Notes: generated by a model from the letters alone, not told the origin. A stretch of DNA of 64,000 nt from a virus (IMGVR_UViG_3300032093_000005), one strand, 5' to 3'. Positions 47,901 to 56,322 are shown, counted from the first letter of the stretch. Numbers and translations: made by a program.

Positions 47901-48741
47901 TTGCAGCAAGACTACTACGTACAGTGCTTAAATTTGCGCTAGTTGGTGCTAAAGCAGTTGTATCTGATGAATATGTAAGTTTATCCATCGTAGATACGTT
48001 AGAAGGAGATAATCCACCTCCAAAGTATCCTGCTGTTGAAGAACCTGTTGCGGCAAGAGAATAGCGAGCAACAGTTAAGTTTGCACCAGGAATGAGACTA
48101 CATGTGTCATAAACATATGTAACCTTATCCATTGTCGATCTTGGAGATCCCTCAAAACCACCACCAAAGTATCCTGCTGTTGTGGATCCTGTCGCACCAA
48201 AACCAAAACGAGCAACATTTAATGCGGCACCAGGAACTGCTGCTGTAGTATCAGTTGAATAAGTCAACTTATCCATTGTTGAATATGTACCAGGAACACC
48301 AGGAAATAGACCACCACCAAAGTATCCTGCCGTTGAGTTTCCTGTTGCAGCGAGAGCACGACGAGCAACACTTAAGAATGCACCAGGAACTACCGCAGTA
48401 ATATCAGTAGAATAATTAAGTTTATCTACTGTCGAATAAGCACCAGGAGCAAAACCACCACCAAAGTATCCTGCTGTTGAGTTTCCTGTTGCAGCAAGTT
48501 GATAACGAGCAGCACTTAATGCAGCACCAGGAACTACCGCAGTAATATCAGTAGAATAATTAAGTTTATCTACTGTCGAATAAGCACCAGGAGCAAAACC
48601 ACCACCAAAGTATCCAGTATTTGATGCTACTGATTGTAGTGGTGATGGTGAAACCCATATATCAGTTAGCGGAACATAATCTCCTGCTAATGAATTATCA
48701 ACAACATCAAATAGTCCAAAAACCCCCCGTGTATCAGGCAT
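44902..48741 (-). CDS. Kelch-like repeat protein 2 (24 repeats in 4 modules of 6)
   Basis: Same repeat; counted 24 units; several repeats more divergent. Confidence 0.85.
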   Translation of the reverse strand: MPDTRGVFGLFDVVDNSLAGDYVPLTDIWVSPSPLQSVASNTGYFGGGFAPGAYSTVDKLNYSTDITAVVPGAALSAARYQLAATGNSTAGYFGGGFAPGAYSTVDKLNYSTDITAVVPGAFLSVARRALAATGNSTAGYFGGGLFPGVPGTYSTMDKLTYSTDTTAAVPGAALNVARFGFGATGSTTAGYFGGGFEGSPRSTMDKVTYVYDTCSLIPGANLTVARYSLAATGSSTAGYFGGGLSPSNVSTMDKLTYSSDTTALAPTSANLSTVRSSLAATGNSTAGYFGGGNSPGVSSTMDKLTFATENTSAVATAALSIPRNTLAALSSRANALPGVVSTLPSSASSKFIDGTLSPQTGYFAGGASSATVDKLNYSTDLTAAIPSAFFAVARAQQGATGNTTAGYFGGGFDYSISNFVSSVQIITYAADTNAVAPTTAFFSSINYGLSATGNSTAGYFGGGSPGTRMSKLSYNSNTMSDLPGAALSISRSKLAATGNSTAGYFGGGFNNISRMDKVTYSTDTTAAVPGASLSAARAALAATGNSTVGYFGGGYYFTGSAFNYHSTMDKVTYSTDTTAAVPGAALSAVRYGLAATGSSTAGYFGGGGTSGPVSSTMDKVTYSSDTTAAVPGAALSVARYDLAASSARANALFQPPATTVTPTIFNASVPNTGYFGGGGPSPSTSSSTMDKVTYSSDTTVAVPGASLSVARRGSAATGNSISGYFGGGIVSPNLYSTMDKVTYASDTTAVVPGAALSAARKYLAATGSSSAGYFGGGNPVASTMDKLTYSSDTTAALPGASLSARSGLAATGNSTSGYFGGGFPGPLTTMEKVTYSTDTTSAVPGAALSIARYSLAATGSSTAGYFGGGVPASSTMDKVTYSTDTRSTVPGAALSATRYSLSATGSSSAGYFGCGFSGAIVATMDKVTYASDTTAAVPGAALSAARTYLGAASARANALPQPTFQTGTIFSNFGYFGGGIASFVYSTMDKVTYASDTTAAVPGAALNGARYNHCATGNSTTAYFSGGPQPGSSSDYSLMDKIYYITDTKTIISGSSITRDRRNIAAVSSPAAGYFGGGGFPAAPGPYSNASKLTYSTEIISQIPSLSSPRYGASATGNSTAGYFGGGNNFTPLPGARTTVDKITYSNDFISALPTAGFLSVGSNVAATGNSTAGYFGGGFVNPNAYSTMDKLTYSTDTRSTIPGASLSAARDSVVATSSLVAGYFGGGGSRSTMDKVTYSIDTTAAVPGAFLSVARNNFAASSATSNALPGNSQISFNV
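48380..48615. repeat. 92-bp perfect direct repeat, period 144 bp (repeats 1 and 2 of protein 2)
   Basis: 48380-48471 identical to 48524-48615, including the normally variable loop FAPGAY. Confidence 0.85.
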
Positions 48742-49240
48742 TTCTTATTATTATCTTCTGATAAAGCATAGAGTTATTTAGTTTACTCTCATAAGAATGC
48801 CAACGATTTCCGCGGAACAAAACCATTCGATTATACCTTGCAGGAATGTTACCGTACTCTTTCCACAAACTCAGATCAGAAGAGAAGACTTGACTCAGTT
48901 GACTCTCATCAATCTGATATTGAATCATCTCTTCCTTTGTTGGAAATGTTTCTAATCCCGTTGCAAGGTGAGAGTAAAACTTGACTCCAAACTCACCAAA
49001 TGACTCAAGAGGTAGAGTCAAATAAATCAGAGCGATCCAATCACACTCAAGGTGTGCAACTACACCAGGAAGACTTCCAGTTTGATTGGATGCTGATATA
49101 ATTTCAATCGGATTCCCAATGATCTGTGAGATTTTTCCTACAGTCTCATCAGTAATCACACACTGGTTTTCAAAAAAACCTTTATGATACTGGTGTGCAA
49201 TATCATAAAGGTCATCAACGATAATGATCTGTTCGGTCAT
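48734..49240 (-). CDS. shortened DUF6445-like / 2OG-Fe(II) oxygenase-like protein
   Basis: IIIVDDLY, HLE..WIALIYL, YNRMVLFRGNRWHS; resembles 44262-44876. Confidence 0.65.
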   Translation of the reverse strand: MTEQIIIVDDLYDIAHQYHKGFFENQCVITDETVGKISQIIGNPIEIISASNQTGSLPGVVAHLECDWIALIYLTLPLESFGEFGVKFYSHLATGLETFPTKEEMIQYQIDESQLSQVFSSDLSLWKEYGNIPARYNRMVLFRGNRWHSYESKLNNSMLYQKIIIRNA

Positions 49241-50112
49241 TCTTCGGTATAGGTTCCAGAAATCTTTTTCTGTTCTTCTGCAGGTTTGATTGCGGCACCA
49301 TAACCAAGATCAGCACCAGTGATCTTCTCATAACCTCTCATCACTTTACCCTGAAGATCATTGATAAACTCCATTCTTCCCTGATGATCAAGAAGTTTAT
49401 TCATTGGCAGATAACCTTCCTTGAAATTGTTTCTTGGATCAACCATTGCAGGAGCAGATGCACGACGCATTGCCTGTAGGTTTGCACCAGAGATACCAGT
49501 CTGTGCTGCCATCAGATCGTCCAGTGCCTGTTCTGCAAGACGAGTATCCCAATACTCTTGGTTCTCTTCCAGGAACTGCTCTCTGGTAGGAGGAGTACCA
49601 CCGTTCTGTTCGACCAGTTTTGCAAGCATCTTATCCAGGTGCTGCATCTGGTGTAGACGATCACGAATTTCCATCTCACTACCTTTCAGATAATGAGTTA
49701 GTTCAAGTTCTTCAAGATCATACCAGCAGAGTTTCTTACCACCACCAGGACCACCAGTTTCCCACATGATGGGTTGAGTCTTATCCTTATCGTTCCACTT
49801 GTACTCAAACTCACGAACTCTCTCTTTCATTTCGATGAGTTTGAACATGTATCCCGATGCCATGATACGACGTTCTTTTAGAATGTGCTCGAAAGATACA
49901 GAGATATTATGAGTATTCAGACCAATGAACTTTTCAATTTGGAAGTTGGTTCTTCCCTGTGCCATTTCCTTATCACTTTCTTCCCAGGCAAAAACATTCT
50001 GAGATGCCTGTGCCAGGTAATCATCATTCAGAACTGCTTCTTGTGCGTTGATTGGTGTATAAGTCAATGCAAAATTTTCTTTAGTCATAACTTCTGTCAA
50101 ATGTATAGACAT
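49237..50112 (-). CDS. hypothetical helical/coiled-coil protein
   Basis: ORF track; RTNFQIEKF; no catalytic motif recognised. Confidence 0.8.
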   Translation of the reverse strand: MSIHLTEVMTKENFALTYTPINAQEAVLNDDYLAQASQNVFAWEESDKEMAQGRTNFQIEKFIGLNTHNISVSFEHILKERRIMASGYMFKLIEMKERVREFEYKWNDKDKTQPIMWETGGPGGGKKLCWYDLEELELTHYLKGSEMEIRDRLHQMQHLDKMLAKLVEQNGGTPPTREQFLEENQEYWDTRLAEQALDDLMAAQTGISGANLQAMRRASAPAMVDPRNNFKEGYLPMNKLLDHQGRMEFINDLQGKVMRGYEKITGADLGYGAAIKPAEEQKKISGTYTEE

Positions 50113-50120
50113 TTTATCAT

Positions 50121-50149
50121 ATTATATAGGGTAATTTCAAGAGACGCAA
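50121..50149 (-). promoter_or_regulatory. possible sigma70 promoter
   Basis: TTGCGT-N17-TATAAT upstream of 50112. Confidence 0.45.
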
Positions 50150-51840
50150 CTTTGAGCAAGAACTTGATTAGCAATTTCTTTTCCCCACTTCTGTTCAAAA
50201 TAATTTCGATAATTTTTTTCTCGCTCTAAGGTTACTTCTTTTGATTCAGATCCTCTCCAAGTTGATTTACCACAAAAATGAAGTAGATAAGATTCGCAGT
50301 TAATATCAACATCAAATCCAAGTTGTTGTGCTCTTAATCGATAGTCCGTATCTTCAGCACCGTTCTTAAAGTTTTCATCTAGAAATCCAACTTTTAATAG
50401 AACTTCACAAGGAATATAAAAACAATAAAATCCAATAATTGTTTTATTAAGATTTAATGTTTTTGAATCGATCAACTTAGAAAATGTATTTAACTCCTGT
50501 TCTTTATTATCATAATCTTCAATATCCATCACTGATTTAATTTTCAAACTCCCATATTCTCCAGGTAATTTTTGGTTACACAATGGAACTAAAATTTTGT
50601 TTCTAGCAGTGAAGTTTTGATTCCAGTCTTCAGTAAAAACTATATCATTACTTAAACCAAAAAAGTCAACTCGATCAACAGCAGCAAGTTTCATGATAAA
50701 GTTCATATTCTCCGCAAAAGTTTTTGGAGTATTATTTGAAATTACAGTGATTTTATTTTGATAATTTGAAAGTTGATATTGATTGTCATTATCAATTAAG
50801 AAAAATTTATCATGTTCATTTAAATCAGTATTTTTGAAGAAAGAATCAATTGCCAAGTTAGTGTATTGCTCTGTATCATGAGTGCTTACCATACAATAAT
50901 ACACTGGTCTTTTCTCTACACTTTTATTTTGTATCGTATCAATCAGATTTTTCCATTGCTCTGCAATCTTTTTCCAGTCATATTTTTCGGTCACATAATC
51001 CGAAATGATCTTAGAAACTTCTTGATAGAACTTCGGTTCCTTTTCATAATAATCCAATGCCAGGCAACAGGCATTAGCAAAGTTAACCAGGAAATTCTCA
51101 GTGACCTTCCAACCTTTGGATGTATTCTCACCTTCAATTGGAACCACAGTTGCATTCTTCTCTCCAGCAACCTCTGCGAGTGCTCCAATATTTGTGATGA
51201 TTGGATAAGCACCACAACGCATTGCCTCACACATTGATTGGCAAAATGTTTCTTCCCAAATATTCGGATGAATAAAAAATGCAGACTCTTGATAATGTTT
51301 TACTAATTCTTCCTGAGTAACTGCGCGGGAGTATTCTACATTTGGTAATGTTTTAATATGTTCATAAAGTTCAATAAAAGGATCATTTGAAATTCCATAC
51401 AAAGACATCGAAGAAAAAATCTTAAACTTTGTATCTGGATGAAATTGTTGGATCAATGGGATCACTTTTGATAATACTTCAAGACCCTTATAAGGAATTG
51501 AAGTAAAGATCATTGTTTTTGTTTTTTGAATTGAATGTGAAAAAATATCATAGATTCCAACTGGAATTACTGTAATTTTGTGTTCAGGAACATTTAAGTA
51601 TTTTACAAACTGATCCTTATTCCATTGAGAAGGAGATACAATATGATCTACAATTGTATGATCAAAATTTAAAAATATTGGTTGATCATAAGCATGATGT
51701 GCCCAAAGAATTTTATATTGATGATTCGATTTTTTAATTTCTTCTGGTAAGTGTGATACAAAAACATTTTCAGGTAACTGATAATGTTCTGCCAATCGAA
51801 TATAACATTTTTCAGTTCCACCTGTAATTTGAGTTGCCAT
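50137..51840 (-). CDS. bifunctional glycosyltransferase (GT4-like N-terminal + GT2-like C-terminal)
   Basis: GGTE, FTSIPYKGL, ETFCQSMCEAM.CG.YPI.T..GAL.E; then IDN, NDIV, GFLDENF....EDTDY.LRA. Confidence 0.88.
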   Translation of the reverse strand: MATQITGGTEKCYIRLAEHYQLPENVFVSHLPEEIKKSNHQYKILWAHHAYDQPIFLNFDHTIVDHIVSPSQWNKDQFVKYLNVPEHKITVIPVGIYDIFSHSIQKTKTMIFTSIPYKGLEVLSKVIPLIQQFHPDTKFKIFSSMSLYGISNDPFIELYEHIKTLPNVEYSRAVTQEELVKHYQESAFFIHPNIWEETFCQSMCEAMRCGAYPIITNIGALAEVAGEKNATVVPIEGENTSKGWKVTENFLVNFANACCLALDYYEKEPKFYQEVSKIISDYVTEKYDWKKIAEQWKNLIDTIQNKSVEKRPVYYCMVSTHDTEQYTNLAIDSFFKNTDLNEHDKFFLIDNDNQYQLSNYQNKITVISNNTPKTFAENMNFIMKLAAVDRVDFFGLSNDIVFTEDWNQNFTARNKILVPLCNQKLPGEYGSLKIKSVMDIEDYDNKEQELNTFSKLIDSKTLNLNKTIIGFYCFYIPCEVLLKVGFLDENFKNGAEDTDYRLRAQQLGFDVDINCESYLLHFCGKSTWRGSESKEVTLEREKNYRNYFEQKWGKEIANQVLAQSCVS

Positions 51841-51844
51841 AATA

Positions 51845-52498
51845 CTATCCTTGATAAATGTGATAACCAGTATGATTCAGTTTGATTGTTGTGTCTAACC
51901 AGATACTATAACCGACTGATTGTGCTCTGTGGAAAAAACTCTTATCCTCTGACATAAATCCATTCTGACTCTGATGCTCCGCAAAGTAATGATAAGAATT
52001 ATTCATCTCTGCTGGAGTATGTGGAGTATCAGAATGATAGTCTGATGGAATGTATTTAAGATTTGGATATTGTTTTGCGATGTCTAGAAACACCTGTCGA
52101 TGAATCAGAACAAATCCCATTCCATTTCCATTGATCTTGACTAGATCTCCGTGTCGTTCTTCTGGTTGAACGATATCTACACAGTATCGTTCTGGGATGA
52201 TCTTCATTGGATAGGCACCAGAAACAATTGGAACTTGATGTGCCATTAATTTTAGCACATCTTCTGGATTAAATCCAATGTCACTATCCAGGAAAAAGAG
52301 ATACTCGTGTTCTGTATTGTTAATGAAAAAGTTGGCAACCTTAGATCTTGCCTGAGTAATCAGAGAAGAGTTTGTCAGGGTCAGGAGTCCGTGATGAACA
52401 TTGTTACGGACTAGTGCTTTCCCTAGATTGAAAAGTCCAAGAGTTGTTTTTTCACTCACAATTCCTCCCATGCAGGGAAGACCAATCATTAAAGTCAT
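51845..52498 (-). CDS. GT-A fold (GT2-like) glycosyltransferase
   Basis: IGLPC, SLITQARS, LFFLDSDIGF (DxD), GMGF.LIHR.VF, SED..F. Confidence 0.75.
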   Translation of the reverse strand: MTLMIGLPCMGGIVSEKTTLGLFNLGKALVRNNVHHGLLTLTNSSLITQARSKVANFFINNTEHEYLFFLDSDIGFNPEDVLKLMAHQVPIVSGAYPMKIIPERYCVDIVQPEERHGDLVKINGNGMGFVLIHRQVFLDIAKQYPNLKYIPSDYHSDTPHTPAEMNNSYHYFAEHQSQNGFMSEDKSFFHRAQSVGYSIWLDTTIKLNHTGYHIYQG

Positions 52499-52513
52499 AT
52501 AGTCTTTTTGATT

Positions 52514-52522
52514 ATTATACCA
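52514..52522 (-). promoter_or_regulatory. extended -10 promoter TGgTATAAT
   Basis: TAATTAGTGGTATAATAATCAAAAA, homologous to the blocks after the other two repeat genes. Confidence 0.55.
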
Positions 52523-52526
52523 CTAA

Positions 52527-55500
52527 TTATACAACAAATGGTCCAGGTGCTGTTTCTGGAAGTGCATTTGCTCTGGCACTTGATGCTGCAAGACCATTAC
52601 GAGCAACACTTAATGCTGCACCAGGAACTGCTGCTGTGGTATCTGATGCATAAGTAACCTTATCCATTGTTGATCTTATGCTACCACTAAAACCACCACC
52701 AAAGTATCCTGCTGTTGAGTTACCTGTTGCGGCAAAAGCAAAACGTGCAACACTTAATGCGGCACCTGGAACTGCGGCGGTGGTGTCTGATGCATAAGTG
52801 ACCTTATCCATTATTGATGATGTAGGTGAACCACCACCAAAGTATCCTGCGGTTGAGTTTCCTGTTGCAGCAAGAAGATAACGAGCAACAGTTAAGTTTG
52901 CACCAGGAACTGCTGCTGTGGTGTCTGATGCATAAGTAACCTTATCCATTGTTGATACTAAACTAGGGGAAGCACCACCACCAAAGTATCCTGCTGTTGA
53001 GTTTCCTGTTGCAGCAACACCATGTCGTGCTGCACTTAATGCGGCACCAGGGACTGCTGCTGTGGTATCTGATGAATAAGTGACCTTATCCATTGTTGAA
53101 TAAAAACTAGGAGGTACAGTGCCACCACCAAAGTATCCTGCTGTTGAGGATCCTGTTGCAGCAAGACCATTACGAGCAACACTTAATCTGGCACCAGGGA
53201 CTGCTGCTGTGGTATCTGATGAATAAGTGACCTTATCCATTGTTGATACTGGACCAGGTTCGCCACCACCAAAGTATCCTGCTGTTGAGTTTCCTGTTGC
53301 AGCAACATATCTACGAGCAACACTTAATGCGGCACCAGGAACTGCTGCTGTTGTATCTGATGCATAGGTCACCTTATCCATTGTCGATGCCACAGGACTA
53401 CCACCACCAAAGTAACCAGTGTTCGGAGTAGGTGCGAATGATGGAGTCTCAAAGGTTTGTGGTAATGCATTTGCTCTTGCGCTTGATGCAGAAAGAGTAT
53501 TACGAGCAACACTTAATGCAGCACCAGGGACTGCAGCAGTAGTATCAGATGCATAAGTGACCTTATCCATTGTTGATCTTGGACCAGGATTACCACCACC
53601 AAAGTATCCTGCACTTGAGTTCCCGGTTGCAGCAAGAAAATATCGAACAGCACTTAATACAGCACCAGGAACTGTTGATCTTGTATCAGTAGAATAAGTG
53701 ACCTTATTCATTGTTGATAATGGACCAGGAGCACCACCACCAAAATATCCATCAGTTGCATTTCCAGTAGATCCAGTTCCACCAATAGTAGTGCTAAATG
53801 ATGCACTAGGAATAGCACTATTAGTATCCGTTGAATATGTCAACTTATTCATTGTTGATAAAGTACCACCAGGAGAAGTACCACCACCAAAGTATCCTGC
53901 ATCTGAATTTCCTGTTGCAGAAAATTCACCACGAGCAGGATTAAATGCGGCACCAGGAACTGCTGCTGTGGTATCAGTCGAATAAGTAACCTTATCCATT
54001 ATTGAATAATTATTTGGTGAGACACGACCACCACCATAATATCCTGCTATTGAGTTACCTGTTGCTGCTAAATAAGCACGAGCAACACTTAATGCGGCAC
54101 CAGGAACTGCTGCTGTTGTGTCTGATGAATAAGTGACCTTATCCATTGTTGAATATATTGCAGGAAAAGCAAGTCCACCACCAAAGTATCCAGCGGTTGA
54201 GTTTCCTGTTGCAGCAACACCATAACGAGCAGCACTTAATGATGCACCAGGAACTTGTGCTGTTGTATCTGATGAATAAGTGACCTTATCCATTGTTGAT
54301 ACTGGACCAGGAGAACCACCACCAAAGTATCCAGTGTTTGGTGATGATGCGAATACAGTTGCTGGTGTGGGTGTTGCTGCTGGTGGTTGAGGTAGTGCGT
54401 TTGCTCTGGCGCTTGATGCGGCAAGACCATAACGAGCAACACTTAATGATGCACCAGGAACTGCTGCTGTGATGTCTGATGCATAAGTGACCTTATCCAT
54501 TGTTGATAATGGACCAGGAGCACCACCACCAAAGTATCCTGCTGTTGAGGATCCTGTTGCAGCAAGAGTATCTCTAGCAACACTTAATGCAGCACCAGGA
54601 ACTGCTGCTGTGGTGTCTGATGAATAAGTGACCTTATCCATTGTTGAGTATAATACTGGTCCAGGAGTATTGCCACCACCAAAGTATCCGGCAGTTGAGG
54701 ATCCTGTTGCAGCAAGAGCATAACGTGCTGCACTTAATGCGGCACCAGGAACTGCTGCTGTGGTGTCTGATGCATAAGTGACCTTATCCATTGTTGATCT
54801 GGGACCACTACCACCACCAAAGTATCCTGCTGTTGAGTTTCCTGTTGCAGAAAGTCCATATCGTGCCGCACTTAATGCGGCACCAGGAACTGCTGCTGTG
54901 GTATCAGATGAATAAGTGACCTTATCCATTGTTGATCTTGAACCACCACCACCACCACCACCAAAGTATCCTGATGTTGAGTTACCTGTTGCAGCAAGAC
55001 CACTACGAGCAACACTTAATGCTGCTCCAGGAACTGCTGCTGTGGTGTCTGTTGAATAAGTGACCTTATCCATTGTTGATCTTATAGGAAACCCACCACC
55101 ACCAAAGTACCCTGCGGTTGAAGATCCTGTTGCGGCAAGAAGATAACGAGCAATACTTAATGCTGCTCCAGGAACTGCTGCAGTGGTGTCTGATGAATAA
55201 GTAACCTTATCCATTGTTGATCTTGCAGGAAACCCACCACCACCAAAGTATCCAGTGTTTGGTGATGGAGTTGCATCAGAAAATCTTAGTGAAGGTCCTG
55301 ACTGGAGAGGTAATTCTGGAAGTGAATTTGCTCTGGCACTTGATGCAGCAAGTCCATAACGAGCAGCACTTAATGCGGCACCAGAAACTGCAGCGGTAGT
55401 TTCTGATGAATAAATTAATTTATCCATTGTTGATCTTGGAGAAGCGCCGCCACCACCAAAGTATCCTGCTGTTGAGTTTCCTGTTGCACTTAAATAATTA

Positions 55501-56318
55501 CGAGCAGCACTTAATGATCCAGTAGAAGGAAGAGTAGTTCTAGTATCATTTGAATAAGAAATCTTATCCATTGTCGTTAAATCTACATTAGTAGGTTGCC
55601 TACCACCACCAAAATACCCTGCAGTTGAGTTTCCTGTAGATGCTGCACCACGTCTACCACCACTTAAAGCAGCGCCAGGAACTGCTGCTGTGGTATCTGA
55701 TGAATAAGTGACCTTATCCATTGTTGAAATTGAAGAAAATCCACCACCAAAGTATCCTGCAGTTGAGTTTCCTGTTGCAGTAAGTCCTTGACGAGGGATA
55801 CTTAATGCAGCACCAGGAACAGCAGCAGTAGTATCAGTTGAATAAGTAACCTTATCCATTGTTGAATAAGTTGCTGGTGCAGGAGTACTACCACCACCAA
55901 AGTATCCTGCTGTTGAGTTTCCTGTTGCAGCAAGAGCACTACGAGCAACACTTAAAAGTCCTGAACCAGGAAGTGCTATGGTTGTATCTGTTGAATAAGT
56001 TACCTTATCGAGTGTTGAGTAATTTGGGCCGACGGAACTTCCACCTCCAAAATATCCTGATGTTGAGTTTCCTGTAGCAGCAAGAGTATAACGAGCAACA
56101 CTTAATCTGGCACCAGGGACTGCTGCTGTGGTATCTGATGAATAAGTGACCTTATCCATTGCTGATTGTACTGCTGGACCAGGAACAACACCACCACCAA
56201 AGTATCCAGTGTTTGGTATTGGTGCCAATAACCAAACATCATTTAGTGGAACCCATTCATCAAGACGTTTTATCTTATATGCAAGTTTTAAACTAAAAAC
56301 ACCACGAGTATCTGCCAT
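52527..56318 (-). CDS. Kelch-like repeat protein 3 (24 repeats in 4 modules of 6)
   Basis: Same repeat; counted 24 units. Confidence 0.85.
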   Translation of the reverse strand: MADTRGVFSLKLAYKIKRLDEWVPLNDVWLLAPIPNTGYFGGGVVPGPAVQSAMDKVTYSSDTTAAVPGARLSVARYTLAATGNSTSGYFGGGSSVGPNYSTLDKVTYSTDTTIALPGSGLLSVARSALAATGNSTAGYFGGGSTPAPATYSTMDKVTYSTDTTAAVPGAALSIPRQGLTATGNSTAGYFGGGFSSISTMDKVTYSSDTTAAVPGAALSGGRRGAASTGNSTAGYFGGGRQPTNVDLTTMDKISYSNDTRTTLPSTGSLSAARNYLSATGNSTAGYFGGGGASPRSTMDKLIYSSETTAAVSGAALSAARYGLAASSARANSLPELPLQSGPSLRFSDATPSPNTGYFGGGGFPARSTMDKVTYSSDTTAAVPGAALSIARYLLAATGSSTAGYFGGGGFPIRSTMDKVTYSTDTTAAVPGAALSVARSGLAATGNSTSGYFGGGGGGGSRSTMDKVTYSSDTTAAVPGAALSAARYGLSATGNSTAGYFGGGSGPRSTMDKVTYASDTTAAVPGAALSAARYALAATGSSTAGYFGGGNTPGPVLYSTMDKVTYSSDTTAAVPGAALSVARDTLAATGSSTAGYFGGGAPGPLSTMDKVTYASDITAAVPGASLSVARYGLAASSARANALPQPPAATPTPATVFASSPNTGYFGGGSPGPVSTMDKVTYSSDTTAQVPGASLSAARYGVAATGNSTAGYFGGGLAFPAIYSTMDKVTYSSDTTAAVPGAALSVARAYLAATGNSIAGYYGGGRVSPNNYSIMDKVTYSTDTTAAVPGAAFNPARGEFSATGNSDAGYFGGGTSPGGTLSTMNKLTYSTDTNSAIPSASFSTTIGGTGSTGNATDGYFGGGAPGPLSTMNKVTYSTDTRSTVPGAVLSAVRYFLAATGNSSAGYFGGGNPGPRSTMDKVTYASDTTAAVPGAALSVARNTLSASSARANALPQTFETPSFAPTPNTGYFGGGSPVASTMDKVTYASDTTAAVPGAALSVARRYVAATGNSTAGYFGGGEPGPVSTMDKVTYSSDTTAAVPGARLSVARNGLAATGSSTAGYFGGGTVPPSFYSTMDKVTYSSDTTAAVPGAALSAARHGVAATGNSTAGYFGGGASPSLVSTMDKVTYASDTTAAVPGANLTVARYLLAATGNSTAGYFGGGSPTSSIMDKVTYASDTTAAVPGAALSVARFAFAATGNSTAGYFGGGFSGSIRSTMDKVTYASDTTAAVPGAALSVARNGLAASSARANALPETAPGPFVV

Positions 56319-56322
56319 AAAA

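Noticed and set aside
39603-56318. Constant-variable-constant DNA periodicity resembling a CRISPR array
   Set aside because: Units are ~135-160 bp, stay in frame inside long ORFs, show synonymous third-position variation, and no cas genes are present
39603-56318. Diversity-generating retroelement as the source of loop variation
   Set aside because: No reverse transcriptase or template/variable repeat pair in the window; variation includes in-frame indels and is not visibly adenine-restricted. An RT elsewhere in the genome cannot be excluded.
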